64,000 nt of DNA from Cyanobacteria bacterium J06626_4 (GTDB taxonomy: Bacteria; Cyanobacteriota; Cyanobacteriia; Phormidesmidales; Phormidesmidaceae). The stretch covers positions 32,001-96,000 of the forward strand of contig JBCBJQ010000007.1 in assembly GCA_038523235.1 (NCBI GenBank), in the 5' to 3' direction. Shown piece after piece: positions 8,436-18,390 of this stretch (its first letter is position 1; every line of letters begins with the position of its first letter). A model generated the notes under the pieces. That model was not told where the DNA came from, made no database searches, and saw only the letters and a program-made list of their open reading frames with translations. The position numbers were made by a program, and so were the translations under genes.

Positions 8436-10199
8436 ATGCTGGATTTTAGAAACACGAATACGTTGTGGGCCTCCGTTTTAGTGGAGACGCTGGCGCGGCT
8501 GGGTTTGAAAACGGCGGTGATTTCACCAGGGTCACGCTCAACCCCCTTAACCATGGCCTTTGCCAGCCATCCTCAACTGCAAGCCATGCCGATTTTGGAT
8601 GAGCGATCGGCCAGCTTTTTTGCCCTTGGGGTCGCAAAGGCCAGTGATCAGCCGACAGTCTTGGTTTGCACCTCAGGTACAGCTGGGGCCAACTATTTTC
8701 CGGCTCTAATCGAAGCCTATGAGAGCGAAATTCCGCTGATTGTGTTGACCGCCGATCGCCCCCCTGAACTACGAGATTGTGCTTCAGGCCAAACCATTGA
8801 CCAGCAAAAGCTGTTTGGCCGCTACGTGCGTCGCTATCTAGAGGTGGCCCTGCCTGAGGCCACGGTTGAACAGCTCCGCTATTTGCGTCAGGTTACCGCT
8901 CACGCCTGGCAAAGCTGTTGCTGGCCGGTGCCGGGGCCAGTTCATCTCAATTTGTCTTTTCGCGACCCGCTAGCTCCCGTACCGACAGGGACCGCAGCAG
9001 ATCTAGCGGGGGTGATTGATGACCAGTTTTTTGACCATTTAGAGCTGCTGTCAGCACCCGCATTGCGGGCGCAGCAGGGGAGTGAACTGGAGCCGATCGC
9101 GCGCTCAAAACTTGGCCAAACTGAGCGTGGTTTAATCATTGCCGGGCCTGCTCACCCTGCAGATCCTCAGGCTTATTGCCGGGCGATCGCGACCCTATCA
9201 CAGCTTTTGGGGTGGCCAGTCTTGGCCGATGGTCTATCGCCTTTAAGAAACCATGCCAGCCTCAATCCCCATTTGATTACCAGCTATGACCTATTGCTCC
9301 GTCATGACCATCATGCTCAGGTCCTGGCGGCACAGCAGGTGCTGCAGCTCGGTGCCTTGCCCACCAGCAAGGTACTGCGCCAGTGGCTGCAGCAAACTGA
9401 TCCGCTGCGGTGGGTAATGGATACCCGCGATCGCAACAAAGATCCGCTGCATGGCCGGGCGATCGCAGTGTCTTGGTCGCTGTCAGCGCTGGTCGCTGCC
9501 TTGACCGCCTCACCCTTAGAACCACGCAGGGCGATTTCCTCCTATGGCAAAGCCTGGCGAGCGCGCGATGCAAGCGCTCAGCAGCGATTGGCCGTTCAGC
9601 TTGCCCCTTTGCCTGAGCTGTTTGAAGGTAAGCTGAGCTGGCAACTCCCCCAGCTATTGCCACCGGAGACGCCGTTGGTGATTGCTAACAGCATGCCCGT
9701 ACGCGACATTGAATGGTTTTTACCGTTGAATGATACGGGGCTGCGGCCCTATTTTAGTCGGGGGGCCAACGGCATTGATGGAACGCTGTCGACCGCCATG
9801 GGGGTCGCCCAAAATTTTGGCCGGGCAGTCTTGCTGACGGGCGATTTAGCATTTTTGCACGACAGCAATGGCTTGCTCAATGCCAGCCAGCGAGACTTTC
9901 ACTTGACGATTTTGCTGATTAACAATCAGGGGGGCGGCATTTTTGAGACCCTGCCGATCGCCGCATTTGAGCCACCGTTTGAGGCCTTTTTTGCCACGCC
10001 GCAAACGGTGAATTTTGCGGCGCTGGCCGCTGCCCATAATGTTGAATACGCTCGGGTTTCCTCCTGGCTGCTGTTGCAGGAACAGTTGGCAACTCTCCCA
10101 GACCAGGGCATTCGTCTGCTAGAGCTGCGGTGCGATCGCAAGTTCGATGCTCAGTTTCGCACCTCGCTGCTGACCGCGATCGGCAACTTCGAGATTTAA
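8436..10199 (+). CDS. menD: SEPHCHC synthase MenD (phylloquinone/menaquinone pathway)
   Basis: 'SPGSRSTPL', 'DERSASFFALG', 'CTSGTA', 'TADRPPEL', 'RGANGIDG', 'GDLAFLHD', 'NNQGGGIF'. Confidence 0.97.
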   Translation: MLDFRNTNTLWASVLVETLARLGLKTAVISPGSRSTPLTMAFASHPQLQAMPILDERSASFFALGVAKASDQPTVLVCTSGTAGANYFPALIEAYESEIPLIVLTADRPPELRDCASGQTIDQQKLFGRYVRRYLEVALPEATVEQLRYLRQVTAHAWQSCCWPVPGPVHLNLSFRDPLAPVPTGTAADLAGVIDDQFFDHLELLSAPALRAQQGSELEPIARSKLGQTERGLIIAGPAHPADPQAYCRAIATLSQLLGWPVLADGLSPLRNHASLNPHLITSYDLLLRHDHHAQVLAAQQVLQLGALPTSKVLRQWLQQTDPLRWVMDTRDRNKDPLHGRAIAVSWSLSALVAALTASPLEPRRAISSYGKAWRARDASAQQRLAVQLAPLPELFEGKLSWQLPQLLPPETPLVIANSMPVRDIEWFLPLNDTGLRPYFSRGANGIDGTLSTAMGVAQNFGRAVLLTGDLAFLHDSNGLLNASQRDFHLTILLINNQGGGIFETLPIAAFEPPFEAFFATPQTVNFAALAAAHNVEYARVSSWLLLQEQLATLPDQGIRLLELRCDRKFDAQFRTSLLTAIGNFEI

Positions 10200-10500
10200 G
10201 TTCAACGGTCGCTGGTTTGCAGTCTCGCTCTCGCTAATCCGCATCTCGTGAAATCACTCAAATATTGCCTGACTCCCCCTTATATTGTTGAGGGTGCGGC
10301 AAGCCGTTTATCCCTTTGATGATTGCCAGAGCCTGATGATTCTGGCCATGGCTATTAATCACGAGATGAAATGGCGACAATTTTGCCAACGCGGGTGCCC
10401 CAAGTGCCACCGATGCCGCCACCCCGCGTTTGGTCAACCTACAGGATTATCGAGAACCACGCCCCTCTGTTATCCCTTATGCCAGCGAATAGGAGACCCG

Positions 10501-10737
10501 ATGGATTTGACGAAGTTTGACCTTAAAGTGGTGCCCGGCTATGAAGATTGGCTCGCGGCTCAAGTGCGTCAACTCAGCATCGCCGCCCTCAAGACTTCAA
10601 CCCTCACCTGCAATGCCTGTGGTGAAGTGTCTGGTTCTTACATCATCGAATATGATGGCCAGCGGTTTCGGCTACCGGGCGAAGAGACGCTGGCGTTTTT
10701 GCAATTTGTCGTGACGGGCGATCGCGAGACTCCATAA
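10501..10737 (+). CDS. Small hypothetical protein (78 aa) with one CxxC
   Basis: AGGAG RBS before ATG 10501; MDLTKFDLKVVPGYEDWL...CNACG... Confidence 0.65.
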   Translation: MDLTKFDLKVVPGYEDWLAAQVRQLSIAALKTSTLTCNACGEVSGSYIIEYDGQRFRLPGEETLAFLQFVVTGDRETP

Positions 10738-10885
10738 GGCCAAACATCCGAGTCGCGATCGCCTCAGCATCATAGAGGCCTCTGGTCAGAACCCTTGTCA
10801 GGGCGATTTCATTAGATGATTGACCGAAATCGCGAACCAATCAGTGAGCACATCTTACGTTTTGCCAATGGCTCACGCTGTAAGA

Positions 10886-11000
10886 AGGACATTAGCTGTG
10901 CAGCACTAACTTGATACAACAATCGTGCTCCTGAGATTATCAGGGTGTCTAGAGAGCGATCGCCCCTCAAATGCTCTTTAGTTATGAGCAGCAATGTCCT
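10886..11000. repeat. MITE-like element with imperfect terminal inverted repeats
   Basis: AGGACATTAGCTGTGCAGCACTAA ... TTAGTTATGAGCAGCAATGTCCT. Confidence 0.45.
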
Positions 11001-11129
11001 GGTTAGATCGGCGACTGCACCAAAGTTGGAAGGCTTGGATAAATCTGCATTGAGCCGCTCTCGTTCTTGGCAAAAACCCTTGAAGGAGCCTAGATAGAAT
11101 AGAACTAGGGTTCTCATAGGTAAAGAGGA

Positions 11130-11351
11130 ATGTGGCAAGACGAGTTGATCATTAGCACTTCACCCGAGATTATGAGCGGCACCCCTGTCTTTGCTGGCAC
11201 CCGGGTGCCGATCGCAACTTTTTTTGAGTATCTCAAAGCCGGTGAGTCGGTTGATGATTTTCTAGATGGCTTTCCTACCGTCAAACGAGAGACGGTAGTT
11301 AGCTTGCTAGAAGAGGCGGGTAGACGGCTATTGACTGATACTGCCGCCTGA
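11130..11351 (+). CDS. DUF433 antitoxin (VapB45-like)
   Basis: 'PEIMSGTPVFAGTRVP', 'L.AGES.DDFL..FP.V'. Confidence 0.9.
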   Translation: MWQDELIISTSPEIMSGTPVFAGTRVPIATFFEYLKAGESVDDFLDGFPTVKRETVVSLLEEAGRRLLTDTAA

Positions 11352-11353
11352 GC

Positions 11354-11671
11354 ATGAAAATCATTCTGGATGAATGTATTGATCGCAGGCTCGCAAAAGA
11401 GTTCGTCGGTTACGACATCAGCACTGTGCCCAAGATCGGGTGGGCTGGTATCAAGAACGGTCAACTACTGGCACGAGTGTCTGGGGCGTTTGATGCCTTC
11501 ATCACGGTTGACCGGAATTTACCCTTTGAACAGAATTTGCCACAGTTCGACGTGGCCATTATCGTTGTGCAGGCTCGATCAAATCGTTTGGCAGATCTCA
11601 AACCGCTAATGCCCAAGGTTTTAGCAGCGTTAGCGATCGCTCCTAAAGGCACAGCCACATTGATTAGCTGA
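11354..11671 (+). CDS. DUF5615 PIN-like toxin (VapC45-like)
   Basis: 'MKIILDEC', 'GWAG.KNG.LL', 'FD.FIT.D.NL..EQN'; starts 2 bp after the DUF433 gene. Confidence 0.88.
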   Translation: MKIILDECIDRRLAKEFVGYDISTVPKIGWAGIKNGQLLARVSGAFDAFITVDRNLPFEQNLPQFDVAIIVVQARSNRLADLKPLMPKVLAALAIAPKGTATLIS

Positions 11672-11727
11672 CACCTGCGCATCACTGACATAACACCTGT
11701 TCTCGTTGCCTAAAACTAGCGGCTTAG

Positions 11728-11762
11728 AGGCGATCGCTCACCAGAGCGGTGAGCGATCGCCT
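11728..11762. repeat. 15-bp inverted repeat whose arms each contain HIP1
   Basis: AGGCGATCGCTCACC-agagc-GGTGAGCGATCGCCT. Confidence 0.8.
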
Positions 11763-11765
11763 GAT

Positions 11766-12065
11766 GTGCTCGCCCCGTGAAAGACCAAGATGCGGCTCTC
11801 CACCCTGATGGAGTGGTGGGCACCTTTTAGCATTCAGCCGTTCTATAGCGATCACTGGGAAGCTAACTCACGACAACCCACTCCTCCGCAGCATACAGTC
11901 GGCAAAACGCATCCCCGGCGACCGGCACGCCAGCAACGCCACACACACAAACCCCTTGGTTTCGCCAAGTCGGTTTTGAGGCCTGACACGGTCATCGGAT
12001 TGTTAATCGCTACGAATGAAGACGGGCAAGATGACAGCCAGCTGCCACTGGTCTAAAGCATTACC
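11766..12065 (+). mobile_element. Degenerate IS1-family remnant (InsB C-terminal half plus right IR)
   Basis: 'APFSIQPFYSDHWEA', 'HTVGK', 'FAKS...DTVIGL.I' resemble IS1 InsB. The element ends in CATTACC (reverse complement GGTAATG, an IS1-type terminus). Confidence 0.75.
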
Positions 12066-12096
12066 CCCATGTGGAAACCTCTCAGTTAGAGAGCAT

Positions 12097-12133
12097 GAGA
12101 GCGACTGCCGGAGAGCGACTGCCGGAGAGCGAT
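12097..12133 (+). repeat. 14-bp tandem repeat, about 2.6 copies
   Basis: GAGAGCGACTGCCG GAGAGCGACTGCCG GAGAGCGAT. Confidence 0.85.
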
Positions 12134-12786
12134 TACAGGAGGCTTTCGAGAGTGGCTCCCACCACCTGCAGGTCATCGTCTTGCCGCAGTTCTGCTAATG
12201 CCGCTCGGGCTGCTGGCCCGTCAAAGCCAGGCAGCACTCTTGCGGCTTGTGCTCGCAGCATCGGGGCGTCAGCGACGGCAGCCTCAAGGATGAGCGCTAA
12301 GGCCTCGGTGGCTTGGGGGGTGTCTTGAAGCCGACCCAAGTTGGCGATCGCGTTGTGCTGCACGACGATATCAGTGCCCTGCCAGCCCCAGCGACAGAGC
12401 TGTAACCTAATTTCTGGCGACACCTCTTCTAAAGCAGCAAAGATGCTTTGCCGCACCAGCCAGTGAGAATTGTGCTCGAATAATTTCGTTAGATGAGGGA
12501 TGGCGCGATCGCCATACTTTTCGAGCGAATTAGCCGCTTCGGCCACGACATTGGGGTCGCGGTCATGCTGAATCAGATTCAATAGGGCGGCAAACCCCGC
12601 CTCGGTTTGCTTATAGCCCAATCCCATGGCCACAAATGAGCGCACCACAAACTCTTTGTCATGCAGATGCTCAGTCAGCAGCGGCACCACGTCCTGAGGC
12701 TCGTGTTTCCGCAGCTCTACAAGTGCCTTCAGCCGATCCTGGGGATCGGCGCTGGCCAAAAAAGATTCAATTTGATGTAGTTCCAT
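12133..12786 (-). CDS. nblB: NblB-like HEAT-repeat protein (phycobilisome degradation, lyase-like)
   Basis: 'L.S.DPQDRLKAL..LR', 'VRSFVAMGLG', 'D.DPNV.AEAANSL', 'WLVR.SI.AAL'; divergent from cpcBA. Confidence 0.75.
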   Translation of the reverse strand: MELHQIESFLASADPQDRLKALVELRKHEPQDVVPLLTEHLHDKEFVVRSFVAMGLGYKQTEAGFAALLNLIQHDRDPNVVAEAANSLEKYGDRAIPHLTKLFEHNSHWLVRQSIFAALEEVSPEIRLQLCRWGWQGTDIVVQHNAIANLGRLQDTPQATEALALILEAAVADAPMLRAQAARVLPGFDGPAARAALAELRQDDDLQVVGATLESLL

Positions 12787-12822
12787 GCAGCGATAACCAG
12801 AATGCAGCTGTCTCTATTGTAG

Positions 12823-12840
12823 TTTACATTTCTTCACAAA
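12823..12840. promoter_or_regulatory. HLR1-like (RpaB) direct repeat beside a TACAAT -10 of nblB
   Basis: TTTACATT-tc-TTCACAAA; ATTGTA (minus-strand TACAAT) at 12816-12821. Confidence 0.5.
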
Positions 12841-13783
12841 ATAACAAGGGCGGCCTCACTTGTTGGATTTAAGCAATGAGTCAGGTCGATTTTGCCGAAT
12901 TTTGCTGGCGTTCTGAGCTGGGAACGCTCTCTGGATGCATGTGTGACGCCGCGCCAGCGAACCATCCCCCGACTGGTCAGAAGGGGGAGCGTGAAGGTAA
13001 AAACTGGATGTCGGATGATTGCCAACGTCCACTCCTAGTTGATGTTCACGCGGTTCTATAGTCCCGAGTGATCAGAACGCCATCTGTCGGTCGAAGGGCG
13101 CGATGCCCAATCTCCCTCTCTAGAACAGCCAATTTGAGAGAACAGCCAATTCGCGGTCAGGGCAGCCCTACCCAATCCTGACCGCGATCGCGAGGCGACT
13201 TTCAAGCAACGGGGCATGATGCGATTACCCCATGCCCAACCATGAAAACTGCAGGGTATCGTCCGCACAGCGACGCCCAAAATTCCGGCTATTTATTAGA
13301 AACTCAGCCGCCACCCGACCGGCTCTCAGAAAACTTCGCAGTGGGGCAAATCGCCAAGGGAGCTCCGCTGCCGATCAATCAAACGCCGCACTTCTTCATC
13401 TTTTGTTGCATTCTTATGCCAAGCCGTATTTTTGGGCGATCGTCCAAACCCTTTCCAGCATGGGATTTCAGGGCAAGGCCGATTAGTTGACAATTCGTAA
13501 TAGCAAATCGATTCAACGGCATAGTATAAACAAGAAAGTTCAAGAGGTTGGGTACCGGATGTATTTCTGGCTGGGGCTTTGTCTCCCAGATCCAACTTCT
13601 TTGTTTAAGAAAGGTAAACGTTTCTAAGCTTCCGATTCTTAGGAGTGTTAAAAAAAGTCTCGTTGGTGTCTTTAGGGCTGCAGCCCGCTGATGATGGCTT
13701 GTCTCGTAGCCCGAGATCATTCCAAGTGTGGATGATTAGTCACACCTTAAAATCCTTCTACAAACTCTAAGGAGATTGAGTTA

Positions 13784-14302
13784 ATGTTTGACGCTTTTGC
13801 AAAAGTGGTCTCCCAGGCTGACGCTCGAGGTGCATACCTCAGCACTGATCAAATTGATGCTTTAAGTGCGATGGTTGCCGATGGCAACAAGCGGATGGAT
13901 TCTGTGAATCGCATCACTAGCAACTCTTCGGCGATTGTGGCTAGTGCTGCACGTGAGTTGTTTGCTGAGCAGCCTCAGTTGATTGCTCCGGGTGGTAACG
14001 CTTACACCAGCCGCCGCATGGCTGCTTGCTTGCGCGATATGGACATCATCTTGCGCTACATCACCTACGCGGTTTTCTCTGGTGATGCCAGTGTCTTGAA
14101 TGATCGCTGCCTGAATGGCCTGCGGGAAACTTATGTCGCTCTAGGCACTCCCGGCACCTCTGTGGCAGTTGGTGTAGAGAAGATGAAAGCAGCTGCGATC
14201 GGAATCGTCAACGATTCTGCGGGTATTACCCAAGGTGATTGCTCCAGCTTGGTTTCTGAAATCGGCTCCTACTTCGATACAGCTGCTGCTGCGGTTGCTT
14301 AG
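13784..14302 (+). CDS. cpcB: C-phycocyanin beta subunit
   Basis: [16 protein letters not shown]; chromophore cysteines in 'MAACLRD' and 'QGDCSS'; 172 aa; AGGAG RBS. Confidence 0.98.
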   Translation: MFDAFAKVVSQADARGAYLSTDQIDALSAMVADGNKRMDSVNRITSNSSAIVASAARELFAEQPQLIAPGGNAYTSRRMAACLRDMDIILRYITYAVFSGDASVLNDRCLNGLRETYVALGTPGTSVAVGVEKMKAAAIGIVNDSAGITQGDCSSLVSEIGSYFDTAAAAVA

Positions 14303-14388
14303 TTCCTTAGCTACTTCGTTCCTACTCTCGGAGTGGTTAGGCATTGCCTGCCGCCCTCTGAGTCCACTTCTATCTGGAGATTTTGACT

Positions 14389-14877
14389 ATGAAAACCCCT
14401 TTGACCGAAGCTGTCGCTGCTGCTGATTCGCAGGGCCGCTACCTAAGTTCCACTGAGATTCAGTCTGCCTTTGGTCGTTTTCGTCAGGCGGATGCGAGCT
14501 TAGCTGCTGCTAAAGCGCTGACTGAGAAAGCGTCTAGCTTGGCTTCTGGTGCGGCTCAAGCGGTGTACAACAAGTTCCCTTACACCACCCAAATGCAGGG
14601 TCCTAACTACGCAGCTGACCAGCGTGGTAAAGACAAGTGTGTGCGTGACATCGGTTACTACCTCCGCATGGTCACCTACTGCTGCGTCGTCGGCGGCACT
14701 GGCCCCATGGATGAGTATTTGATTGCCGGTATTGCTGAAATCAACTCGACCTTTGAGTTGTCTCCCAGCTGGTACATCGAAGCCCTCAAGCACATCAAGG
14801 CTAACCACGGTTTGAGTGGTGATCCGGCAGTTGAGGCTAACTCTTACCTCGACTATGCAATCAACGCGCTGAGCTAG
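14389..14877 (+). CDS. cpcA: C-phycocyanin alpha subunit
   Basis: [17 protein letters not shown]; 'KDKCVRD'; 162 aa from ATG 14389. Confidence 0.98.
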   Translation: MKTPLTEAVAAADSQGRYLSSTEIQSAFGRFRQADASLAAAKALTEKASSLASGAAQAVYNKFPYTTQMQGPNYAADQRGKDKCVRDIGYYLRMVTYCCVVGGTGPMDEYLIAGIAEINSTFELSPSWYIEALKHIKANHGLSGDPAVEANSYLDYAINALS

Positions 14878-14917
14878 TTCGCTTGCTCAATCTTTAGTGC
14901 TTGATTAAGCAGCCTCT

Positions 14918-14982
14918 GTCCCTGAGAGATATACAGCCACTGACTGCGGTTAGGCGTTGTTTATGTCTCAGGGATTTGTTTT
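14918..14982 (+). terminator. Long stem-loop after cpcA (terminator or processing/stability element)
   Basis: GTCCCTGAGAGATATACAGCC ... GGCGTTGTTTATGTCTCAGGGAT followed by TTGTTTT. Confidence 0.7.
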
Positions 14983-15067
14983 GTCTATCGGTTGCTCGTA
15001 GCCAGACCGGTCTGGTCAGACTGATAGGGTGATAGATACAGGGGACGATGACTGGGAGGGCTTCTCG

Positions 15068-15895
15068 ATGAGTGATCTGCCGGATATCCGGGATGAGAGT
15101 CAGTTAACGATTGAAACCGCGATCGCTAATCTCCAAGGTGAAGACCTGGGATTGCGAGTCTATGCGGCATGGTGGTTGGGGCGATTTCGCGTCAATACGG
15201 ACTCAGCCATTCAAGTTTTGATTGCTGCCCTGTTGGACGAGGACGATCGCACCGAGGCGGGGGGCTATCCGCTCCGTCGGAATGCGGCCAGAGCTTTAGG
15301 GAAATTGGATGATCGGCAAGCCGTAGCCCCCCTCATTCAGGTCTTGTCCTGCACCGATTTTTATGTGCGAGAAGCGGCCGCTAAAGCCCTGGAAAGTTTG
15401 GGCGACCCGGCGGCGATTCCTCGACTGTTGGGCTTGTTGCGTGGTGAGATCGCCGGAACCTTACCCGCGCTCGAACCCCCGCAGCTAGAGCAACCTTTTG
15501 ACGCGCTGATTGAGGCCCTGGGGACCTTGGCTGCCGTTGAGGCCATTCCCGATATTCAACCATTTCTCGATCATCCCGTGCCTCGCGTGCAGTACGCGAC
15601 AGCCCGCGCCTTATACCAGCTAACGCCCGAGCCAGAAATCGCCCGTCAGTATGGAGAACAGCTAATCGAAGCCCTCTCCCATCAGGATTTGCAGCTCCGC
15701 CGGACGGTCTTGACCGATTTGGGGGCGATCGGTTATTTGCCTGCTGCTGAGGCCATTGCCGAAACCCTCGCCGAAAACAGCCTCAAACTCATTGCCCTCA
15801 AAGGATTGTTGGAGCGAGAGTTGGCTGGAGCCCCAGGGCCAGATTTGTCAGCCGGGGCCAAGAGGGTGATGGCGCTGATGGATGCTTTGCTGTAG
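15068..15895 (+). CDS. cpcE: Phycocyanin alpha-84 phycocyanobilin lyase subunit CpcE
   Basis: 'DLGLRVYAAWWLG', 'DRTEAGGYPLRRNAARALGKL', 'AENSLKLIALKG'; ATG 15068 preferred. Confidence 0.95.
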   Translation: MSDLPDIRDESQLTIETAIANLQGEDLGLRVYAAWWLGRFRVNTDSAIQVLIAALLDEDDRTEAGGYPLRRNAARALGKLDDRQAVAPLIQVLSCTDFYVREAAAKALESLGDPAAIPRLLGLLRGEIAGTLPALEPPQLEQPFDALIEALGTLAAVEAIPDIQPFLDHPVPRVQYATARALYQLTPEPEIARQYGEQLIEALSHQDLQLRRTVLTDLGAIGYLPAAEAIAETLAENSLKLIALKGLLERELAGAPGPDLSAGAKRVMALMDALL

Positions 15896-16127
15896 GCTCA
15901 TCGCGACCCGGCAGCCGCCCCTTGGAAAATTTTTGGCGGTCAATTCCCGACGCTGGCAATCAATTCCCGCTAGGGTGAAAGGCTGTAGAGAGCGGTTGGT
16001 TGTTAATTTTTTTGTGACAAATGCTTGATGAGTGAAGCAATGCAACGAATCGCGCGAGAATGTTAACAGTCAAAGCTGGGCTTGAAATGCTCTCTTGCCT
16101 GCTCCAGAACCTAGCATCCTAATCCTC

Positions 16128-16943
16128 ATGTCTGACGTGCTTGCTCCTTTCCTTGACGCGATCGAAAAGGCAGATTCTGCCACTTCGCTTTCCGATGCAG
16201 TTCAGGACTTGGCAGACGCGGGTCTGGTTGAGTCAATTCCGCACTTGATAGAAGCCTTGAGTTACAACAACCCTGGGGCCGCTGTGGCCGCTGTCAATGG
16301 GTTGGTAACGCTCGGCACCCCCGCCGTCTCACCGCTGTTAGAACAGCTTGATCTCAACAATTACACGGCGCGCGCTTGGGCGATTCGAGCCTTGGCAAGC
16401 ATTGGTGACCCCCGGGGCCTACTCACCCTCTTGGGCGCTGCGACAGCTGATATCTCGATGAGTGTCCGGCGGGCAGCGGCACGGGGGTTGGGCAATATGC
16501 AGTGGCCGCAGTTCCCCCCTCAACTGTTAGAAATTGCCCAAACTGAAGCCTTAGAAGCGCTGCTGTTTGTAGCGCAGCAAGACGAAGAATGGATCGTGCG
16601 GTATGCCGCTGTGGTGGGGCTAGAAGCGCTGGCTCTAGCGACCCAACCAGGGAGTGGCCTGCGGCGATCGCAAATCCAACAGCAGCTTGCAGGCATGACC
16701 AGTGAGGAAGCCAGTGTGTCCGTCAAGGCGCGCGTCTGGCAAGCCCAGCAGTATCTCAAAGAAGCGATTCCGCAGGCGGAAGCTGCCCTCCGGGTCGAGC
16801 AGTCATCGCTCACCTCAACCGATTGGGAGCAGATCCTAACCCGCTTATATAACCGCAAGCGAAAAGAAAGAACCGTGCTATTCGAAGGGGATCCGCAGCA
16901 CTATCGAGAGCTATTGAGTGTCGGCCCCCTGCAGGAGCCTTAA
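16128..16943 (+). CDS. cpcF: Phycocyanobilin lyase subunit CpcF, with C-terminal extension
   Basis: 'LSYNNPGAAVAAV.GL', 'NY.ARAWAIRALA.IGDPRG', 'SVRRAAARGLG', 'EWIVRYAAVVGL'. Confidence 0.92.
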   Translation: MSDVLAPFLDAIEKADSATSLSDAVQDLADAGLVESIPHLIEALSYNNPGAAVAAVNGLVTLGTPAVSPLLEQLDLNNYTARAWAIRALASIGDPRGLLTLLGAATADISMSVRRAAARGLGNMQWPQFPPQLLEIAQTEALEALLFVAQQDEEWIVRYAAVVGLEALALATQPGSGLRRSQIQQQLAGMTSEEASVSVKARVWQAQQYLKEAIPQAEAALRVEQSSLTSTDWEQILTRLYNRKRKERTVLFEGDPQHYRELLSVGPLQEP

Positions 16944-17116
16944 GGGATACGTTTGAAAATAAAGTCCCTGCGAGACGAGTTTCAACTCCGCTCAACTCTC
17001 GAGATACGTAAGTTGAACGGAGTCGTATGCCCTGCAGGCAGGCTGCGCTCACGCGGCGTGTCTCCTGCGGAGAAAACCGAATTTATCAGTATGTTAGTTA
17101 AGCGCGATTCTCTAAA
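16941..17116. repeat. Cluster of small dispersed repeats / REP-like hairpins
   Basis: TTTCAACTCCGCTCAAC...GTTGAACGGAGTCG, related to the hairpin at 60173-60215; AAATAAAGTCC shared with the element at 41151-41337. Confidence 0.55.
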
Positions 17117-17187
17117 CGTCATCCGCACGCTGGCAAAACTCGCCAGCGTGCGGATGAACGCTAGGCCGCTGAGGATGACGAGTAGGG

Positions 17188-18390
17188 TTAAGCCTGCTCA
17201 GGGCTGAGCAAGATCAGATTTTGCCGCTGCAGCGATCGCACATCATCGAGCGTACTTTCCACAGTCTCTAACAACTCGCCCACGGTCTGGCCGCCGTTCG
17301 CTTGGCCACAGGCAACTAAAAACTGCCACGGCGATTGTTCCAACTTGATCAGTTGATAATCTTGATTAAAAAAGTGGGGGCTGTCTTGCCAGTTTTCTAA
17401 GCAGGGGCTGGGTTCTGGAATCGCACTGAGCAGAGCATCGTCATCTTCCCAGGTTTGTTTTACTAGCGGCGGGCGGGCCAGGAAAAACTCGTAATGAGTA
17501 ATCGCGGAAGGATCGAGAAGTTCAATCAGGCGATAGCGTTGGCGATCGCTCAGGCCTTTGGCCCGTTCCAGCAAATCTGGTGCAGTGCCCACTAAGCGCT
17601 CTAAATCCCACACCTGGGGATTCGACAACCCGACAAATTCCAGGCGCGAGGCGTCAATCAGCTCAAAAACGGTATTGATGTTGTAGTCAATTTCTTGGGG
17701 ATGCACGTACATGTCGGCAAAGCATTCATCGCGCTGATTTTCCCAAGACCAGCGTTCTTTTTCTCGCTGCCGCAGTCGATTGTTTTCTGGCAAGGCAGCA
17801 AAGATCTGTCGGCCTACCGCCACCCCATCAGGATAGTCACCTCGGCGATCGCCCTGCAAAAGCGCGATCGCCTCCTGCATGAGCTTGATTTCCCAGCGAC
17901 CCAGTTCGCCATACACAAACACATGCAGCAAACCGCCGGGGGCCAGCTTTTGCGCTAACGCCTGAATGCCGCCGATCGGATCAGGCGTATGGTGTAACAC
18001 GCCCACGCAATTAATCAGGTCAAACTCGCCGGGCAACTGATCGACATCAAACAGGCTCAGGTGATGAAATTCAACGCCCGTCGCCCCTGACTTCTGACAG
18101 CGCTCTCGGGCCACAGCTAAAGCGCCCGCACTCAGATCAATGCCAGTCACCGTGGCCTCTGGATTGAGATGCACTAAATATTCCGTCCCCACGCCCGTGC
18201 CGCAGCCCGCATCTAAAATTCGCGCCTGAGGACTCGCAGGCTTTTGTCCGGTGCAAAAGGCATAGGCAGTCAACCAATTCCAGCGCCAGTTATAGCCGGG
18301 GGGTGCCTCATCTAATAAGGGTTCTGGCGGAAACGGGTAGGTATCGTAGAGTTTGGCCACCGCTGCGCTAATCTTTTGAGACTCTGACAT
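17188..18390 (-). CDS. Class I SAM-dependent methyltransferase (conserved cyanobacterial family)
   Basis: 'LYDTYPFPPEPLLDE.PPGYNWRW', 'ILDAGCGTG', 'CVGVLHH', 'FADMYVHPQE'. Confidence 0.9.
   Translation of the reverse strand: MSESQKISAAVAKLYDTYPFPPEPLLDEAPPGYNWRWNWLTAYAFCTGQKPASPQARILDAGCGTGVGTEYLVHLNPEATVTGIDLSAGALAVARERCQKSGATGVEFHHLSLFDVDQLPGEFDLINCVGVLHHTPDPIGGIQALAQKLAPGGLLHVFVYGELGRWEIKLMQEAIALLQGDRRGDYPDGVAVGRQIFAALPENNRLRQREKERWSWENQRDECFADMYVHPQEIDYNINTVFELIDASRLEFVGLSNPQVWDLERLVGTAPDLLERAKGLSDRQRYRLIELLDPSAITHYEFFLARPPLVKQTWEDDDALLSAIPEPSPCLENWQDSPHFFNQDYQLIKLEQSPWQFLVACGQANGGQTVGELLETVESTLDDVRSLQRQNLILLSPEQA

Noticed and set aside
12097..12133. CRISPR-like repeat
   Set aside because: Contiguous 14-bp tandem units with no spacers and no cas genes; no CRISPR array was seen anywhere in the window.
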